From the NCBI GenBank assembly GCA_037447605.1, contig CM074815.1:1054001-1118000 (forward strand): a stretch of DNA of 64,000 bases. The letters are read 5' to 3'. Both the position numbers and the translations under genes were made by a program. The stretch is from Zygnema circumcarinatum SAG 698-1b. Its lineage: Eukaryota > Plantae > Zygnematophyceae. The notes below the pieces were generated by a model. That model saw nothing but the letters and a program-made list of their open reading frames with translations, did not search any database and was not told where the DNA came from. Positions 60,895-64,000 of the stretch are shown piece by piece (the stretch's first letter is position 1; every line of letters starts with the position of its first letter).

Positions 60895-61685
60895 GGGGGA
60901 GTCAGACCTTGACCATCGCCAAATCAATTTCGTAAGCCTGTCGGGCGAATTAAAACATTGGCTAGGTACGTATTTCGGTACGGCTGTGTACGGCGGAGCC
61001 GCGGATCCCAACCCGGAATTCGTACACGAAACTTTGACTTTTAGTAGGGCGTGTCAGACTTAAAAAATTCTCGTAATACTAAAAACTCGATATTCGTAAC
61101 ATTTCGAGTCAACGTCAGTAAAACTAAAATTCCCGAGCCTAGTTTTTCGCACTCGCGGCGCGGTCCTGTTCGCACTCCGCGATCTCCGTCTTCGCACTTC
61201 TCCAAACGCCGTCTTCGCAACTTCGCCCTCGCGCGGGGCCCTCAGACTTAGAAACAGCGCCGGCGCGGCGCGCGGAGACCGCTTGTCGTTGTGTCGTGTT
61301 GCGCGTCACGGGCGGGCGCGGGCGCGGGCGGGAAGCCGGGAAAACAACCATGACGTCACGTTGACGCGATTCTCGCCAGTATTTTCTTCGCACGTCCATT
61401 TCGGCGCCTCTTTTGGGTGCGAACAAAATCGTGCGAAGAAATGCAATTTCAGTAAACCCCACGGGTCAATCTTCGCAACGTTGACCCGTTGACTTAGTAC
61501 AGTTGACTTCCGTTCGGTTCGGTTTAGGTTCGGGGGCGCGATAATTTTTAGTACTTAGTAACCTCGATTCTCGTAATACTAAAAACTCGATATTCGTAAC
61601 ATTTTGTTAAGTCTGACACGCCCTAGTATAAGGAATTCGGGAATTTCGTAAGCGATGGTCAAGCTCTGTAAGACTGTAACCCCCT
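60895..61685. mobile_element. Outer MITE-like element of the GTCAGAC family (hosts a nested insertion)
   Basis: Left end GGGGGAGTCAGACCTTGACCATCGC; right end GCGATGGTCAAGCTCTG...CCCCC. Internal similarity to 6437-6490 and 46165-46240. Confidence 0.6.
61047..61623. mobile_element. Nested 577-bp MITE with perfect 17-bp TIRs and internal 38-bp direct repeats
   Basis: TIR GGGCGTGTCAGACTTAA / TTAAGTCTGACACGCCC, flanked by TAGTA on both sides. Direct repeats at 61067-61104 and 61567-61604. Confidence 0.88.
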
Positions 61686-61878
61686 AATGGCATGTCCTTT
61701 TGTCCTTTTGTCCTTTTGTCCTTTTGTCCATGTCCTTTTGCTGTCCTTTCAAGAGGGAGAAGTGATCATTTGCATTCTGACAAGCGCACTAGGGATAAGC
61801 GTAAGGGCTGCTCTAAGGCTGAGGCTGTGTGTGGCATACATTCAGAGCTATTAGGGTTGCTCCGTTCTCGGGGTAAGG

Positions 61879-63686
61879 ATGGCCGGGTGCTGCCATGCGG
61901 CGCTCTCTGTAGTTGTGCTTCTGCTGACTGCAAACATTGCTTCTGCTTGGGAGTTTCATGAGAGTTCAAGCTACCAGCGGGGAAGAGTCGGCTTGATTGA
62001 ACAGAATGCATATTATACAGGCGGAGAGAAGCCAGGCCATGAGGAATATGCAGCCATGGCGCGTTGGCTGGTGGCTGAAAGTACTTGGGGAGTGCTCAGG
62101 TTTGGAGGCAAATTTCTCTTATGTTTGTTTTGGTACTACAGCCATGGCTAAGTCTCGCTAAACTGCAATGCCTGTCAGCAAACCGCATTAGTTTCCCGCA
62201 TTGTATTCAATGTATGCTGGCTTATTTTTTTCCGTTTTATCTGGCTTTACTACATTCAAACTCGTCTTGTTTTTTCCCGAATGCTGTATCCGTGGCGTTG
62301 GCATGCTTCTGTGCGGAAATTCCTCATTCTCAAACATGGTCTGTATCTATCGGCTGCAGCACTGTCTCTAAACGCTTGAAGGGCAGCCCGTTTGGGTACG
62401 TATCTCCTCCTTTCTCCTACTTTCGCCCATATTTGAAACATCATAAGTTGTGTACCTGAGTCTCAGACTGAGACTTCAAATAACTTCTGGTTTGGCATGT
62501 TCAGTTCCATAATATGCTGTTCAGGCCCTCTGTCGGGAAGCGAGGATCATTACTCTTATATTTAGCTCTCAGAATATAATTACATGTCTCTTGGTCAAAC
62601 TGCAGAACTCAACGAAAACAAAACCTCTTCTGGTTGTCTTTTCTGCTCAGAAGTGCAGTAGATAGGAGCATTTTTTCTTTTTGTTTTAGCTGTTGTCCTG
62701 GGGTTTGAGTGATTGTGGGCTAAAGTTTGGTAGTGTTGCAATACATGCCAATGTCGTTGAAGCTCTTCTCCCCTTGCAGAAATCCTAATAACTAAGTCTT
62801 GGAATGTTGCAGCAACGTTGTTTCCTTCAGTGACGGGCCTGCCATCAGAGCTTCTGGCCAGCCATACTTCTACCTCACTGCCCTTGACCCTACCGCCTCG
62901 GATGTGGTAGATGACGCTCGCTGCTCCTTGACAGTGGCTGAGATGGCCTTGGGCACATGTGGAAAGAACGATCCAGAGAGCCCTGCCTGCGCAAAGCTCA
63001 CTCTATCTGGGCAGGTAAGCTCCACCTCTCTTAAACTCTTTCAGTCACTCGAGAGAGAAGCATTTCCCAATCCAATCGAATAGCCAATCGCGAGAGATCA
63101 TCGGGAGAATGTCAAGAATATTTGGCTGTGTATAATAAAGGTTACATTTTGTATTGATGATAATAGCTATTGAATGTGGGCATGCTGGGTGTGGTTCCAC
63201 AGCTCAAGCGAGTCGAGGACGAAAGGGAGGAGGAGTTTGCCAGAGATGCTCTTTTCTCAAAGCATGACGAAATGAAACGTGGGTGCCTTTGTCAGTTTCC
63301 TTGTTTTGTTCAAATTATGAACATGGTTCGTTCAGAGGCATCCAATTCACTCATTATCGCACACACTCTCCTTATGCATCCTGTCATTCGTGAACTAAAA
63401 TCAAGAGTTTGTTCTCCTATTTGCTCTTTGAAGTCTTCTACGGTTGCAGTCCTCCTTGGACTTAACATTTGCCGCCTGCTCAATACCTTCATGTGCAGAC
63501 TGGCCAGCGAGTCACGGATTCCATTTCTACAAGTTGCAGATTGAGGACATTTTCCTTGTGGACTGGTTTGGCGGAGCCAAGTTGTTAACTGTGGAAAATT
63601 ATTTCCGTACTCCATCCCCTAATAACCCGAGGGATCGCGAACTGGACGAGTCAGTTGCCTCAATGCTGATGTTGAAGGTCGGCTGA
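61879..63686 (+). CDS. CREG1-like secreted protein (pyridoxamine 5'-phosphate oxidase-like fold), 5 exons
   Basis: Signal-peptide-like start, then ARWLVAESTWGVL-STVS...GSPFG-NVVSFSDG...PYFYLTALDPT...CSLTVAE...DPESPACAKLTLSG, ALFSKHDEMK, WPASHGFHFYKLQIEDIFLVDWFGG. Confidence 0.9.
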
Positions 63687-64000
63687 GGACGAGGAGAGCC
63701 AATGATGCGGCCCCACCCCATGCATGCAAAGTCTGCTCGCAACGTATACATATAACTGACAAGAGGACAGTCTAAGTTCCAGCGTCTGGCCCGAGCATTT
63801 GGACGCAATGCATGTGGGTGAAACAACATAAGCATAAGCATTATAAATTCATAAGCATGTAATCTAAGGAGTGGCGCAGAGTTGCCATGTTGAGGACTGG
63901 ATAGGGTGAATTCTTGACATGAGCCCCAATTGGCCGTCCAATGGGAACCACAGCACCGGCAGGAGGATCCTTTTTAAGTATTTACAACTTCTGTAGGCCT

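Overview
Eukaryotic, intron-rich nuclear DNA from a green plant lineage. The 5S-type sequence and gene set suggest a streptophyte alga or bryophyte; this is inference only. The window opens with the 3' end of a Ty1/copia LTR retrotransposon (RT-RNaseH, PPT, LTR). Nine spliced genes follow: a secreted tyrosinase-like protein (+), UBE4/UFD2 U-box E4 ligase (-), Rubisco LSMT-like SET methyltransferase (+), an NHL/LEA_2 protein (-), Mediator MED23 (+), a fatty-acid-hydroxylase-superfamily protein (+), a PUX10/FAF2-like UBX protein (-), TMEM256/DUF423 (-) and a CREG-like protein (+). The intergenic DNA is a mosaic of MITE-like elements, foldback palindromes and simple repeats. The most unusual structures are (i) six dispersed 5S rRNA-derived copies embedded in a shuffled set of shared repeat modules, and (ii) an inverted chimeric segment at about 32.2-33.6 kb. 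That segment joins a 5S copy to DNA-level copies (exon plus intron) of two neighbouring genes, MED23 and the hydroxylase. At least four genes appear to need GC-AG introns. Exon boundaries and family assignments were made by eye and from recalled motifs; no database search was run. Six short N-gaps limit interpretation, especially at 46.7-49.5 kb.
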